The notes beneath the pieces were generated by a model. The model saw only the letters and a program-made list of their open reading frames with translations. It did not search any database and was not told where the DNA came from. Positions 50,790 to 61,761 of a stretch of 63,429 nt of DNA are shown piece after piece. This DNA is from Gammaproteobacteria bacterium (GTDB lineage Bacteria > Pseudomonadota > Gammaproteobacteria > SZUA-140). The position numbers and the translations under genes are program-made. Location: positions 1 to 63,429 of the forward strand of contig WGFB01000009.1 in assembly GCA_015492435.1 (NCBI GenBank). Reading direction: 5' to 3'. Each line of letters opens with the position of its first letter. Positions within the stretch are counted from its first letter, which is position 1.

Positions 50790-52799
50790 CTAACCACCCA
50801 GCAGCGGAGCGATCACCAGGCTGACGATCGCCAGCACATTGATCAGGATGTTCATGGAAGGCCCGGAGGTATCCTTGAAGGGATCACCGACGGTGTCACC
50901 CACCACGGCGGCCTTGTGGACATCGGAACCCTTGCCGCCGAGGTTGCCTTTCTCCACATATTTCTTGGCATTGTCCCAGGCGCCTCCGGCATTGGCCATG
51001 GTCAGGGCCAGGAGCACGCCGGCCACCAGGGCGCCACCCAGCATCCCGCCCAGGGCCTGGGGACCGATGCCGAATCCCACCACCACGGGCGCCGATACCG
51101 CCAGGACGCCCGGCAGGATCATCTTTTTCAACGCGGCCTGAGTGGCGATATCCACGCAGCGCTCGTTGTCTGGCTTGGCCGTCCCCTCCAGCAACCCCGG
51201 GATCTCGCGGAACTGGCGGCGGATCTCCTTGATCATGTCGAAAGCCGCGTCACCCACCGCCGTCATGGTCAGAGCTGCCACCAGGAAGGGGAAAATGCCT
51301 CCCAAAAACATGCCCATCAGGACATGGGGATTACCCAGCTCCAGGCTGAAGTTTTCCACATGCAAAGAGACTTCCTGCACATAGGCGGTAATGATGGCCA
51401 ACGCCGCCAGGGCCGCGGCCCCGATGGCGAAGCCCTTGCCGATAGCGGCAGTGGTATTGCCCAGTTCGTCCAGAGAATCGGTGATCTTGCGGGTATCCTC
51501 GCCCAGTTCAGCCATTTCGGCGATCCCGCCTGCGTTGTCCGCCACGGGACCATAGGCATCGATGGCCATGGTGATACCCACCGTGGCCAGCATGCCTACC
51601 GCCGCAATACCCACGCCATAGAGGCCGCATAGTTCACTGGAAACATAGATGATTCCCGCGAGGGTCAACAGAGGCACCACAACGGATTGCATGCCCGTGG
51701 CCAGGCCGGTGATCATCACCGTGGCCGGCCCGGTCTCCCCCGCCTTGGCGATGTGACGCACGGGGGCGGCGGCCGTGTAGTATTCCGTCACCAGACCGAT
51801 GATGATGCCGCCCAAGGAGCCCACCAGCACCGCGCCCCAGGCGGAACCGTGCACGCCCACCATTTTGATGATGAGGTAGGCCAGCAGGATGAAGGCTACC
51901 GAGGCCCCGATGGTGCCGATGCGCAGGGCCACGTCCGCCGCCTTGTTGGAAAACTTTTTCACCATGGCGACGCCGAGCACGGAACAGATCAGGCCACCCG
52001 AGGCCAGCGCCAAAGGCAGGAACATCAGGTCGGCGCGCTCACCCAGGTTGGCGAGTTGCGCCAGGGACATGGTGGAGGCCATGGCAATGGTGGCGATCAT
52101 GGCGCCGCAATAGGACTCGAAAATATCCGATCCCATGCCGGCCACATCGCCCACGTTGTCACCCACGTTGTCGGCGATCACACCCGGATTGCGGGGATCG
52201 TCCTCCGGAATGCCGGCCTCCACCTTGCCCACCAGGTCGGCGCCCACGTCGGCGCTCTTGGTGTAGATGCCGCCGCCCACACGGGAGAACAAGGCGACGC
52301 TGGAGGCGCCCATGCCGAACCCATGGATCTTGGCCGCCGTCTCCGGGTCACCGCCAAAGAAGAGATAGAGGATCCCCAGCCCGAAAAGGCCGATGGACGC
52401 CACCACCAGGCCCATGATGGAACCGCCGAAAAAGGCGACGGTGAGGGCATCGGATGCCCCCTTGGTGTGGGCCGCCTCGGTGGTGCGCACATTGGCCTGA
52501 GTTGCCGTGTACATGCCGATGTACCCGGCCGTCGCCGAACTCAGAGCGCCGACGAGAAAGGCAAAGGTCGTCCCGATCCCCAGGGAGAACAACAGCAAGA
52601 CAGCAACCACCGCGACGAAAATACCCAGCATCCTGTATTCACGGCGTATGAAGACCATGGCCCCCTGGTGGATGGCATCGGCGATCTCCGTTATCTTTCC
52701 CGAGCCGGCGGGATATTCCTTGACCAGTAGATAGATTCGATAGGCTATATACAAGCCTGCGGCGCCGAATAGCGGCGGCAACAAATGAGAAAAGCTCAT
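50790..52799 (-). CDS. hppA: Membrane-bound ion-translocating pyrophosphatase
   Basis: [58 protein letters not shown]. Confidence 0.95.
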   Translation of the reverse strand: MSFSHLLPPLFGAAGLYIAYRIYLLVKEYPAGSGKITEIADAIHQGAMVFIRREYRMLGIFVAVVAVLLLFSLGIGTTFAFLVGALSSATAGYIGMYTATQANVRTTEAAHTKGASDALTVAFFGGSIMGLVVASIGLFGLGILYLFFGGDPETAAKIHGFGMGASSVALFSRVGGGIYTKSADVGADLVGKVEAGIPEDDPRNPGVIADNVGDNVGDVAGMGSDIFESYCGAMIATIAMASTMSLAQLANLGERADLMFLPLALASGGLICSVLGVAMVKKFSNKAADVALRIGTIGASVAFILLAYLIIKMVGVHGSAWGAVLVGSLGGIIIGLVTEYYTAAAPVRHIAKAGETGPATVMITGLATGMQSVVVPLLTLAGIIYVSSELCGLYGVGIAAVGMLATVGITMAIDAYGPVADNAGGIAEMAELGEDTRKITDSLDELGNTTAAIGKGFAIGAAALAALAIITAYVQEVSLHVENFSLELGNPHVLMGMFLGGIFPFLVAALTMTAVGDAAFDMIKEIRRQFREIPGLLEGTAKPDNERCVDIATQAALKKMILPGVLAVSAPVVVGFGIGPQALGGMLGGALVAGVLLALTMANAGGAWDNAKKYVEKGNLGGKGSDVHKAAVVGDTVGDPFKDTSGPSMNILINVLAIVSLVIAPLLGG

Positions 52800-53083
52800 G
52801 TCTCCCCCTGTCAGGTCACTGATATTATTGTCGTTGGAAGATCTTGACTACATTGGTAGCTTACTGTTCTTGTTGTAAATATTCTGTCCTGGCGGTCGTC
52901 TGGCGGGACATGGAAACATCCCCGGAATGACTGTCTCCGCGCGCTGCGCGCAAGCCACATGAAAGAATAGACAAATCACTTACGCAAATCAATGGCGGGG
53001 AACACGCATCGGATTTATCATACCGGCGAAGTACGGGTATAATGCGCGCTCACAAAATTGATGTAACGCTCAGGAGCCAAGCC

Positions 53084-53632
53084 ATGAATCTGGACAGGGT
53101 CAACCCCGGTCAAAATGTTCCCAATGAAATCAACGTCATCATCGAGATCCCTTCTCATAGCGACCCCGTCAAATACGAGGTGGACAAGGAAAGCGGCGCC
53201 ATGTTCGTGGACCGCTTCATGGCCACGGCCATGTTCTACCCCTGCAATTACGGCTATGTGCCCCACAGCCTCTCGGAGGATGGCGATCCGGTGGACGTTC
53301 TCGTGGTCACGCCCGTCCCGCTCATCAGCGGCTCGGTGATCACCTGCCGCCCGGTGGACATGCTGGAAATGACCGACGAATCCGGCGTGGACGCCAAGAT
53401 TCTTGCCGTACCCACCGACAAGCTCAGCAGTATATATAGTCACGTTCATTCCGGACAGGACCTGCCCCCCAACCTGCTGGCGCAACTGACCCATTTTTTT
53501 GAGCATTACAAGGATCTGGAGCCCAACAAATGGGTGCGCATCGAGGGCTGGACAGGACCCGACAAGGCCAGGCAGGAAATCGTGGACAGCATCAGGCGTT
53601 ACGACGATTCACCCGAGAAACCGTGTTTTTGA
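53084..53632 (+). CDS. ppa: Soluble inorganic pyrophosphatase (family I)
   Basis: VKYEVDK, YP.NYG..P.SL..DGDPVD, D.KILAVP, FF.HYKDLE; CAGGAG RBS before ATG 53084. Confidence 0.95.
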   Translation: MNLDRVNPGQNVPNEINVIIEIPSHSDPVKYEVDKESGAMFVDRFMATAMFYPCNYGYVPHSLSEDGDPVDVLVVTPVPLISGSVITCRPVDMLEMTDESGVDAKILAVPTDKLSSIYSHVHSGQDLPPNLLAQLTHFFEHYKDLEPNKWVRIEGWTGPDKARQEIVDSIRRYDDSPEKPCF

Positions 53633-53718
53633 ACCGGATCCACAAACAGAGAAGGCCGCAACCTTGAATCAAGGGCGGTCACGCCGCCAGGAAATCTGAC
53701 TCCGACTCCCATGCCGCC

Positions 53719-54612
53719 GTGGCTCATCATACCCACCAGCACACCGCCTCCGCCGACCGAACACTGATCACGGGACTCGCCGTTACCCTCTCCTATGCCC
53801 TCATCGAGGCGCTGGGCGGCTGGTGGTCGGGCTCCCTGGCTTTGCTGGGCGACGCCGGGCACATGCTCACCGACGCAACGGCCCTGGGTCTGGCGGCCTT
53901 CGCCGCCTGGGTATCGCGTCAGCCGCCCTCCAGCCGCCACTCCTATGGCCTGGTGCGCGCCGAGGTCGTGGCCGCCATGGTCAATGGCCTGTTCATGCTA
54001 ATCATCGTGGCAAGCATCGCCTACCACGCCATCGAGCGCCTGCGCCACCCCCACGAAGTGGCCGGTGGCGCGGTGATGATCATCGCCTTCATCGGCCTGC
54101 TGGTGAATCTCTATGTGGCAAAGATTCTCCATGGTGGCGAACAGACCCTCAACACACGCGCGGCATTGCTGCATGTGCTGGGCGACCTGCTGGGCTCGGT
54201 CGCGGCCCTCCTGGCCGGCGCGGTGATTTATTTCACGGGCTGGACGCCGATCGATCCCCTGCTTTCCCTGCTCATCTGCGCCCTCATCCTGTGGTCCAGC
54301 GTGCGCTTGCTGCGCGATGTCCTGCACGTCATCATGGAAGGCGTGCCCCCCTACCTCGACCTGCCCGAGGTGGGCCGCGCCATGGCAGGAGTTAGAGGCG
54401 TCAATTCAATACACGACCTGCACATATGGACCTTGTCCTCGGGTTTGGTGGCCCTGTCGGCCCATGTGGTGATCGAGGATCTGAGCCATTGGGAAGACAC
54501 CCTGGCGCGCTTGAAGGAACTGCTGAAATCCCGTTACGCCATTGAACATGTCACCCTGCAGCCGGAAACACCCTCACCCCATCCGGTGCCCATCGAGCTG
54601 AATCTGAAATAG
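53719..54612 (+). CDS. Cation diffusion facilitator (ZitB/CzcD-like)
   Basis: His-rich N-terminus, SLALL.DA.HM..D, H..GD.LGS, HDLHIW, H.T.Q.E; GTG start uncertain. Confidence 0.9.
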   Translation: MAHHTHQHTASADRTLITGLAVTLSYALIEALGGWWSGSLALLGDAGHMLTDATALGLAAFAAWVSRQPPSSRHSYGLVRAEVVAAMVNGLFMLIIVASIAYHAIERLRHPHEVAGGAVMIIAFIGLLVNLYVAKILHGGEQTLNTRAALLHVLGDLLGSVAALLAGAVIYFTGWTPIDPLLSLLICALILWSSVRLLRDVLHVIMEGVPPYLDLPEVGRAMAGVRGVNSIHDLHIWTLSSGLVALSAHVVIEDLSHWEDTLARLKELLKSRYAIEHVTLQPETPSPHPVPIELNLK

Positions 54613-54733
54613 CAAAATCTCCCCACCTTCATCGTGATTTTTGCTACCATGTGATGCCATTCGGCGGCAGTAAAACCCAATCAGATGGCGCCTCTTCGAG
54701 CCGCGGCGCCATGCGTTAAGGAGCACAATACCC

Positions 54734-55951
54734 ATGTCACAACTCGTCAAACCTCACGGCAGCAATGAACTCAAGCCCCTCCTGCTGGAGGGTGAAGCCC
54801 TGACTGAAGAACAGAACCGCGCCCAGAGCCTGCCCAGCATCCGCATCAGCTCCCGCGAGGTGGGCGACCTGATCATGATGGGCATCGGCGGCTTCACGCC
54901 CCTGGAAGGCTTCATGACCCACAGCGACTGGCAGGGCGTATGCGACGGCTACAAGATGGCCAATGGCCTGTTCTGGCCCATTCCCATCACCCTGTCCACG
55001 GACCGCGCTACCGCGGAGGACATCAAGACCGGCTCGGAAATCGCCCTGGTCAACGGTGAGACGGACGAAATCATGGCCACCATGCAGGTGACGGAGAAAT
55101 ACGAGATCGACAAGGCCCATGAGTGCATGACCGTCTACAAGACCACGGACATCGCCCACCCTGGCGTAAAAATGGTGATGGAGCAAGGCGATATCAATCT
55201 GGCCGGCCCCGTCAAGGTGCTCTCCCAGGGGGATTTCGCCAGCCGTTTCCCCGACATCTACATGACCCCGGCCCAGACCCGCGCCCTGTTCGAGAAAAAG
55301 GGCTGGTCCACCGTCGCGGCCTTCCAGACCCGCAACCCCATGCACCGCTCCCACGAATACCTGACCAAGATCGCCATCGAGATCTGCGACGGAGTGCTGA
55401 TCCATTCCCTGCTCGGCAAACTCAAGCCGGGCGACATTCCCGCCGAGGTGCGCAGCGCGGCCATCGACGCCCTGGTCAACGAATATTTCGTGGAAAATAC
55501 CGTGGTGCATGCCGGCTATCCCCTGGACATGCGCTATGCCGGCCCCCGCGAGGCCCTGCTGCACGCCCTGTTCCGCCAGAACTACGGGTGCTCCCATCTG
55601 CTGGTCGGCAGGGACCATGCGGGCGTGGGCGACTATTACGGCCCCTTTGATGCCCATCATATCTTCGACGAAATCCCGGCGGACGCCCTGCTGACCAAGC
55701 CCCTGAAGATCGACTGGACCTTCTGGTGCTACAAATGCAACGGCATGGCCTCCATGCGCACCTGCCCCCACGAAGGCGGCGACCGCCTGCTCCTCTCAGG
55801 CACCAAATTACGCAAGGCCCTCTCCGAGGATGAGGAGGTACCCGCCGAGTTCAGCCGCCCCGAGGTACTGGCCATCCTGCGGGAATATTACGCCGGCATT
55901 GCCAAGAACGAGCGGGTGGAAGTAGAACTCAAGGGTCACTCCGCCAAATAA
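54734..55951 (+). CDS. sat: Sulfate adenylyltransferase (ATP sulfurylase, homo-oligomeric Sat type)
   Basis: [38 protein letters not shown]. Confidence 0.95.
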   Translation: MSQLVKPHGSNELKPLLLEGEALTEEQNRAQSLPSIRISSREVGDLIMMGIGGFTPLEGFMTHSDWQGVCDGYKMANGLFWPIPITLSTDRATAEDIKTGSEIALVNGETDEIMATMQVTEKYEIDKAHECMTVYKTTDIAHPGVKMVMEQGDINLAGPVKVLSQGDFASRFPDIYMTPAQTRALFEKKGWSTVAAFQTRNPMHRSHEYLTKIAIEICDGVLIHSLLGKLKPGDIPAEVRSAAIDALVNEYFVENTVVHAGYPLDMRYAGPREALLHALFRQNYGCSHLLVGRDHAGVGDYYGPFDAHHIFDEIPADALLTKPLKIDWTFWCYKCNGMASMRTCPHEGGDRLLLSGTKLRKALSEDEEVPAEFSRPEVLAILREYYAGIAKNERVEVELKGHSAK

Positions 55952-56071
55952 GCATCCGGCCCGGCCATGCCCGGGCCGATACCCCCCCACGTTCTGACCA
56001 GGGCGCCGGAAGCGCCCTGACAGGCGTTTTTCCATCACGAAATGTCAGAAAATTCTGGCATGAACCATGCA

Positions 56072-56087
56072 CCACAATATGTTGTGG
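56072..56087. promoter_or_regulatory. NrdR box (distal)
   Basis: CCACAATATGTTGTGG, near-palindrome resembling the NrdR consensus acaCwAtATaTwGtgt. Confidence 0.75.
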
Positions 56088-56233
56088 TCAGGGGTTTCCA
56101 CGCCCCTATCTCAAAGCCTGATCAAAAACCTCTGGGTTCGACCGTTCCCCAACCCAAAAATAGCTATTAACATGATGAAAATAAAGCATAAATTTTAGGC
56201 CGGCAAGACTGCGGCCCGGACTTGAAAAAAGCG

Positions 56234-56262
56234 TTGACAGGTTCCACCATTTGCAAGAGAAT
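56234..56262 (+). promoter_or_regulatory. Sigma-70 promoter of nrdJ
   Basis: TTGACA-N17-GAGAAT, NrdR box 12 bp downstream. Confidence 0.6.
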
Positions 56263-56273
56263 CAGATTTCCAA

Positions 56274-56289
56274 ACACAATATATTGTGT
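56274..56289. promoter_or_regulatory. NrdR box (proximal)
   Basis: ACACAATATATTGTGT, perfect 16-bp palindrome upstream of an RNR gene. Confidence 0.9.
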
Positions 56290-56393
56290 TTCCTGCCAGG
56301 GTTCGTGACATGAACAGCGCGCGGGCCGCGCACGGCGCCGCAACTACGGAACGCATCAAATAACTGAATTCGATTCATGGAGTTAACAACAAT

Positions 56394-59300
56394 ATGGAAT
56401 CCGCACACCTGCGCATCATTTCCGACAACGCCCCCAATATCAAGCTGCAACCGGCCTCCCTCGACATCTGGGACAAGAAATACCGCCTCAAGAGCAAGGA
56501 CGGCGTCTGCATCGACGAAACCATAGACGACACCTACAAGCGCGTGGCCCGCGCCCTGGCGGACGTGGAGACCTCCCTGGACGCCCGCGAGAAATGGTAC
56601 GAGGCCTTCCTGTGGGCCCTGCGCCATGGCGCCATCCCCGCCGGCCGCATCACCTCCAATGCCGGCGCCCTGGAACACAAGCCCGCCACCTCCACCATCA
56701 ACTGCACCGTCTCCGGCACCATCAAGGACTCCATGGACGGGATCCTGGAGAAGGTCCACGAGGCCGGCCTGACCCTCAAGGCGGGCTGCGGCATCGGCTA
56801 CGAATTCTCCACCCTGCGCCCCAAGGGCGGCTACGTCTCCGGCGCCGGCGCCTACACCTCCGGCCCCATGTCCTTCATGGACATCTACGACAAGATGTGT
56901 TTCACCGTCTCCTCCGCCGGCGGGCGGCGCGGCGCCCAGATGGGCACCTTCGACATCGGCCACCCCGATGTGCTGGACTTCATCAAGGCCAAGCGCGAGG
57001 ACGGCCGCCTGCGCCAGTTCAACCTCTCCCTGCTCATCACGGAAGAGTTCATGGATGCCGTGAAGAACGACCGGCAATGGCCGCTGGCCTTTCCCATCAC
57101 CCCCACGGAGGCCTACAACGAGTCCCTCGACCTCGACGACCCGGACAAGGTGGTCTGGCGCGACTGGCCCACCAAGAGCGACTACATCACCAACGAGCAA
57201 GGGCTGGTGGCCTGCAAGATCAGCAGGAAAATCCGTGCGCGCCGCCTGTGGGATGTCATCATGTCCTCCACCTACGACTACGCGGAACCCGGCTTCATCC
57301 TCATCGACAAGGTCAACGAGATGAACAACAACTGGTTCTGCGAGAACATCCGCGCCACCAATCCCTGCGTCACGGCGGAAACCTGGGTACAGACGGCGCA
57401 AGGCCCCCGCCAGGTCCGCGACCTGGTGGGGCGGCCATTCCACGCCATCGTCGATGGCCAGGCCCATGCCTCCACACGGGAAGGGTTCTTCAGGACCGCC
57501 ACCAAGCCCGTGGTCAGGCTCATGACCAGCGAGGGCTATCACCTGCGCCTGACCGCGGATCATCGCGTGCGCCGGGTCACCCGCTTCACCCGTTATGCCA
57601 CCGACACCGAATGGTGCGAGGCTGGCAAATTGCGCGCGGGCGACCGCGTGCTGCTCAACGATCACCGCGCGGCGCAGGGCTGGGAAGGCCCCTACAACAG
57701 GGAGCAGGGCTATCTGCTCGGCCTTCTGCTGGGAGACGGCACCCTGAAAACCGACAAGGCCGTCCTCTCCGTCTGGACATCCGCCCTGGCCGCCAACGGC
57801 GCGGAGGCCCCGCTGCCCCAAGGAATCCGCGCCGTCATGGACGCCGCCCTGCAGGCCGCCCGCGCCCTGCCCCATCGCGGCGATTTTCAGGGCTGGCAGG
57901 CTATCGCTGGGCGCAACGAATACCGCCTCTCCACCGCGGCCCTGAAGCGGCTGGCGGAAGAGGCGGGCATGACGCCCGGCAACAAGGCCGTCACCCCCAT
58001 CATGGAGCGCGCCTCCAGTGAATTCTACCGGGGCTTCCTGCGCGGCCTGTTCGACGCGGATGGTTCCGTCCAGGGCAGCCACGAGAAGGGCGGCAGCGTG
58101 CGCCTCGCCCAATCGGACCTGGCCTGCCTGGAGGCCGTGCAGCGCATGCTGCTGCGCCTGGGCATCGCCTCCCGCCTCTACCGCTTCCGGCGCAAGGCGG
58201 GCAGCCGCCTGCTGCCGGACGGCAAGGGCGGCGAGGCATCCTATGCCGTCCGGGACCAGCACGAGCTGGTCATCAGCAACGAGAACCTGCTGCGCTTCCA
58301 TGAGAGGGTGGGCTTTGCCGACGTGGACAAGCAGGAACGCCTGGAACGGCACCTGTCCCGCTACAGGCGCAAACTCAACCGCGAGCGATTCGTGGCGCGC
58401 GTGGAGGCCATCGAGCCCGACGGCGTGGAGGACGTGTACGATGTGCAGATCCCCGGCATCAACACCTTCGACGCCAACGGTCTCCATGCCCACAATTGCG
58501 GGGAACAACCCCTGCCCCCTTACGGCTCCTGCCTGCTGGGCTCCGTCAACCTCACCAAGTTCGTCCGGGCGCCCTTCACCGACAAGGCGCAGTTCGACTG
58601 GGAGGAATACCGCAAGGTGGTCGCCATTTTCACGCGCATGCTCGACAACGTGGTGGAAATCAACGGCCTGCCCCTGCCCCAGCAGCGCGAGGAGATCATG
58701 AGCAAGCGCCGCCACGGCATGGGCTATCTGGGACTGGGCTCCACCTTGACCATGCTGCGCATGAAATACGGCGACCAGGATTCACTGGAATTCACCGAGC
58801 GGGTCACCCGTGAAATGGCCCTCACGGGCTGGCATACGGCCCTGGAACTCGCCCGCGAGAAAGGCTGCGCCCCCATCCTGGAGCAGGACTTCACCGTCAC
58901 GGATGAAATGCTGCGCAAGCGTCCGGAAATGGCCCGTGACGGTTACAAGCCCGGCGACATCGTCAAGGGCAAGGTGCTGCACGCGCGCTACAGCCGCTAC
59001 ATGCAAAAGATCGCCGCCGTCGAGCCGGAACTGGTGGAAAACCTTGCAGCGGAAGGGGCGCGCTTCACCCATCACACCTCCATCGCGCCCACGGGCACCA
59101 TCTCCCTGTCCCTGGCCAACAACGCCAGCAACGGCATCGAGCCCAGCTTCGCCCATCACTACTCGCGCAACGTGATCCGCGAGGGCAAGAAGACCAAGGA
59201 GAAGGTGGACGTCTATTCCTTCGAACTGCTGGCCTACCGGCAGCTGGTCAACCAGGACGCCATGCCCGATACCGGGGAGGGTGAAAACAGGCTGCCCGAG

Positions 59301-59678
59301 TATTTCATCGCCGCGGACGACATCCATCCCAGGCAACACGTGGACGTTCAGGCGGCGGCCCAGTTGTGGGTGGACTCGTCCATCTCCAAAACGGCCAACG
59401 TGCCCAGCGACTATCCCTATGAGGACTTCAAGGATATCTACCTCTACGCCTACGAGAAGGGCCTGAAGGGCTGCACCACCTTCCGCTTCAACCCGGAGGC
59501 CTTCCAGGGCGTGCTGGTCAAGGAGCAGGACCTGGAAAACACGATCTACCGTTTCGTCCTGGAAGACGGCACCGTCGTCGAGGCCAGGGGCAACGAGGAA
59601 ATCGAGTACGACGGCGAGATACACACCGCCGCCAACCTCTACGACGCTCTCAAGGAAGGGTATTACGGAAAACACTGA
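56394..59678 (+). CDS. nrdJa: Class II (adenosylcobalamin-dependent) ribonucleotide reductase large chain, intein-containing
   Basis: INCTVS, GCGIG, RRGAQM, ATNP[intein]CGEQ, SIAPTGTISL, DSSISKT, KGCTTFR; no N-terminal ATP-cone recognised. Confidence 0.93.
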   Translation: MESAHLRIISDNAPNIKLQPASLDIWDKKYRLKSKDGVCIDETIDDTYKRVARALADVETSLDAREKWYEAFLWALRHGAIPAGRITSNAGALEHKPATSTINCTVSGTIKDSMDGILEKVHEAGLTLKAGCGIGYEFSTLRPKGGYVSGAGAYTSGPMSFMDIYDKMCFTVSSAGGRRGAQMGTFDIGHPDVLDFIKAKREDGRLRQFNLSLLITEEFMDAVKNDRQWPLAFPITPTEAYNESLDLDDPDKVVWRDWPTKSDYITNEQGLVACKISRKIRARRLWDVIMSSTYDYAEPGFILIDKVNEMNNNWFCENIRATNPCVTAETWVQTAQGPRQVRDLVGRPFHAIVDGQAHASTREGFFRTATKPVVRLMTSEGYHLRLTADHRVRRVTRFTRYATDTEWCEAGKLRAGDRVLLNDHRAAQGWEGPYNREQGYLLGLLLGDGTLKTDKAVLSVWTSALAANGAEAPLPQGIRAVMDAALQAARALPHRGDFQGWQAIAGRNEYRLSTAALKRLAEEAGMTPGNKAVTPIMERASSEFYRGFLRGLFDADGSVQGSHEKGGSVRLAQSDLACLEAVQRMLLRLGIASRLYRFRRKAGSRLLPDGKGGEASYAVRDQHELVISNENLLRFHERVGFADVDKQERLERHLSRYRRKLNRERFVARVEAIEPDGVEDVYDVQIPGINTFDANGLHAHNCGEQPLPPYGSCLLGSVNLTKFVRAPFTDKAQFDWEEYRKVVAIFTRMLDNVVEINGLPLPQQREEIMSKRRHGMGYLGLGSTLTMLRMKYGDQDSLEFTERVTREMALTGWHTALELAREKGCAPILEQDFTVTDEMLRKRPEMARDGYKPGDIVKGKVLHARYSRYMQKIAAVEPELVENLAAEGARFTHHTSIAPTGTISLSLANNASNGIEPSFAHHYSRNVIREGKKTKEKVDVYSFELLAYRQLVNQDAMPDTGEGENRLPEYFIAADDIHPRQHVDVQAAAQLWVDSSISKTANVPSDYPYEDFKDIYLYAYEKGLKGCTTFRFNPEAFQGVLVKEQDLENTIYRFVLEDGTVVEARGNEEIEYDGEIHTAANLYDALKEGYYGKH
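57366..58496 (+). mobile_element. Intein (377 aa) with dodecapeptide LAGLIDADG homing endonuclease
   Basis: Begins CVTAET, block B LTADH, blocks LLGLLLGDG and LRGLFDADG, ends LHAHN before Cys; removing it restores ATNPCGEQ. Confidence 0.95.
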
Positions 59679-59722
59679 ACACGCCAGGGAAGCGCGTCCC
59701 GGCATTACCAAGGAGCAAGAAC

Positions 59723-60421
59723 ATGGCCATCAAGATAGACAAAAAAATCGTCGACTACGAAGTCGCCAGCAAGAGCGAAGACAAGACTGCGGACACGGCT
59801 CAACCCCAGGCCGGCGACCCGTCCAACATCATCCAGATGCACGAAAAACTCGAGCGGCCCGACATGCTGCTGGGCTCCACCTACAAGGTCAAGACGCCCC
59901 TCAGCGAACACGCCCTCTACGTCACCATCAACGACGTCATCCTCAACGAGGGCACCGAACACGAACTGCGGCGCCCCTTCGAGATCTTCATCAACTCCAA
60001 GAACATGGACCACTTCCAGTGGATCGTCGCCCTCACCCGCATCATCTCCGCCGTATTCAGGAAGGGCGGCGACATCACCTTCCTGGTGGAGGAACTGCGT
60101 TCCGTGTTCGATCCCCGTGGCGGCTACTTCAAGAAAGGCGGCAAGTTCATGCCCTCCCTGGTGGCCGAGATCGGCGACGTCATCGAGCACCACCTTAAAT
60201 CCATCGGCATGCTCAACAGTGAAAACCTCGACAACCACCAGAAGGCATTCATCGCCCAGAAACGCGAGGAATACAGTGCCTCCCAGGACGAGCAGAACAA
60301 CCAGAACGACAACGCCTTCCCCGCGGGCGCCCAGCTCTGCAACAAGTGCAACACCAAGGCCATGATCCAGATGGACGGCTGCCTGACCTGCCTCAATTGC
60401 GGCGAGTCTAAATGCGGCTGA
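59723..60421 (+). CDS. nrdJb: NrdJb / TSCPD-domain subunit with C-terminal Zn ribbon
   Basis: TYKVKTP..EHALYVTIND, RPFEIFINSK, C-terminal CNKC..DGCLTCLNCGESKCG. Confidence 0.88.
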   Translation: MAIKIDKKIVDYEVASKSEDKTADTAQPQAGDPSNIIQMHEKLERPDMLLGSTYKVKTPLSEHALYVTINDVILNEGTEHELRRPFEIFINSKNMDHFQWIVALTRIISAVFRKGGDITFLVEELRSVFDPRGGYFKKGGKFMPSLVAEIGDVIEHHLKSIGMLNSENLDNHQKAFIAQKREEYSASQDEQNNQNDNAFPAGAQLCNKCNTKAMIQMDGCLTCLNCGESKCG

Positions 60422-60555
60422 CACCACAACACTTTAACAACTTCAGAACATCTGTGGATGACACCCTAAGCTGCAAGTTTTGACACTATAAGATGCAACA
60501 ACACTACCGTATATGCTGCCCTTGGCGATCACTATCCGCTGCGCCAAGGGTGATA

Positions 60556-61761
60556 TCATTTGCTCAGCACCGCCCTGGCCTTGATATCCTTTCTCAATCT
60601 CATGATGTCATGCTGTGGCACTTCATAGTTCTCAAAAACTTGCTCCCACCGTAATACCGCATTCACAACCTCATCAATCACCACCAAAGCCCGCCTGGAT
60701 TGCAAGTTATATTGCTTGGCAATCTGTAGCAGCTCGTCTTTCGACGGCGGGGATGCCGTCAGCCCAAAGCGCAGGACGTGTTCACGGTTCTGGGCCAGAT
60801 TGGGCACCAGATCATACGCGGGGGTCAGCTGATAACCCTGCTCATCATGCATCATCGAGAAGTTCTTCAAATGATCGTCGGTATTACCAATCAGGGCATT
60901 AAAGACCATGCGGCGGTAGAGCTCGTGCAAGTCATCTCCAGGGTAAGCAGAAAAGCGCCGTAGCACATTCGCCATGTCCTCATAACCCAGCACATAATAA
61001 TCATCGGCCTGTAGTAACGACTGCATACTGATGACATGGCGCCTCCCCTCCCCTGTCACATCAAAGCGTTTGGACAGGAGCACCTTGCGCTCACCACAGG
61101 GGTAACAGCTAAACTCAGGCACCGTGATACCGGCATCACGGGCCAATTGCAGGGTCGCGGCTTCGAGTGACACCACGTCATATTGATCTTTTACGCTGGG
61201 AAATTTGGCAATCCAGTCAACACCCGCATCATGGATCAGGGCCTTGGGCCGGGCACCCCCCGGTGAACTGCCGGCCTCGAATAATCGGGCAAGTGCTTCA
61301 TCTTCAAGCGCTTCTCCGGCTTCGAAGGCCTGCGCCGCATTCAGTAAACCGGTTAATGAATGCAGCGGCGCCTCTTGTGTTCGCGGCTCGACCGATTCTC
61401 TGGCAAAACTCAAGGCCCCTAAACCCTGCCCCAGGTAGGCCAGTAAATCAGGCACTCGCTGTTCCTGGCGGGGCAGACGATATTGGCGCACCAGTAGGCG
61501 CCGCCCCCAATCATCCGGCAGGGCATCTTCAAAGACGCCGTGCACCCCCGCCTTGGGCCGGTTTGCTGCAAAGATATCCTGGGCCAAAGGCAATGCGTGG
61601 GGATCAAGCGGAAACGCGTCAGGCCTGTCCAGATACGTCTGCGCATAGCGAAACTCGCCATGAATGGAGCCCCGGCGCCCCTCAGGATCGGCGGCGATCA
61701 ACTCGCCCGCCAGACAGGTTTCGCCATGAGGCAGGGTCAGGAAGACATTCAGGCGGATCAT
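60556..61761 (-). CDS. HipA-family Ser/Thr kinase toxin
   Basis: LPDDWGR, GSSPGGARPK, IAKFP, KRFD, GNTDDHLKN, PAYD. Confidence 0.92.
   Translation of the reverse strand: MIRLNVFLTLPHGETCLAGELIAADPEGRRGSIHGEFRYAQTYLDRPDAFPLDPHALPLAQDIFAANRPKAGVHGVFEDALPDDWGRRLLVRQYRLPRQEQRVPDLLAYLGQGLGALSFARESVEPRTQEAPLHSLTGLLNAAQAFEAGEALEDEALARLFEAGSSPGGARPKALIHDAGVDWIAKFPSVKDQYDVVSLEAATLQLARDAGITVPEFSCYPCGERKVLLSKRFDVTGEGRRHVISMQSLLQADDYYVLGYEDMANVLRRFSAYPGDDLHELYRRMVFNALIGNTDDHLKNFSMMHDEQGYQLTPAYDLVPNLAQNREHVLRFGLTASPPSKDELLQIAKQYNLQSRRALVVIDEVVNAVLRWEQVFENYEVPQHDIMRLRKDIKARAVLSK

Noticed and set aside
55952-56393. Cobalamin riboswitch upstream of nrdJ
   Set aside because: No B12-box or conserved core recognised by eye; an Rfam/Infernal scan would be decisive
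59678-59723. nrdJa/nrdJb gap as a frameshift or pseudogene
   Set aside because: nrdJb has its own AAGGAG RBS and the split arrangement is known from other Proteobacteria
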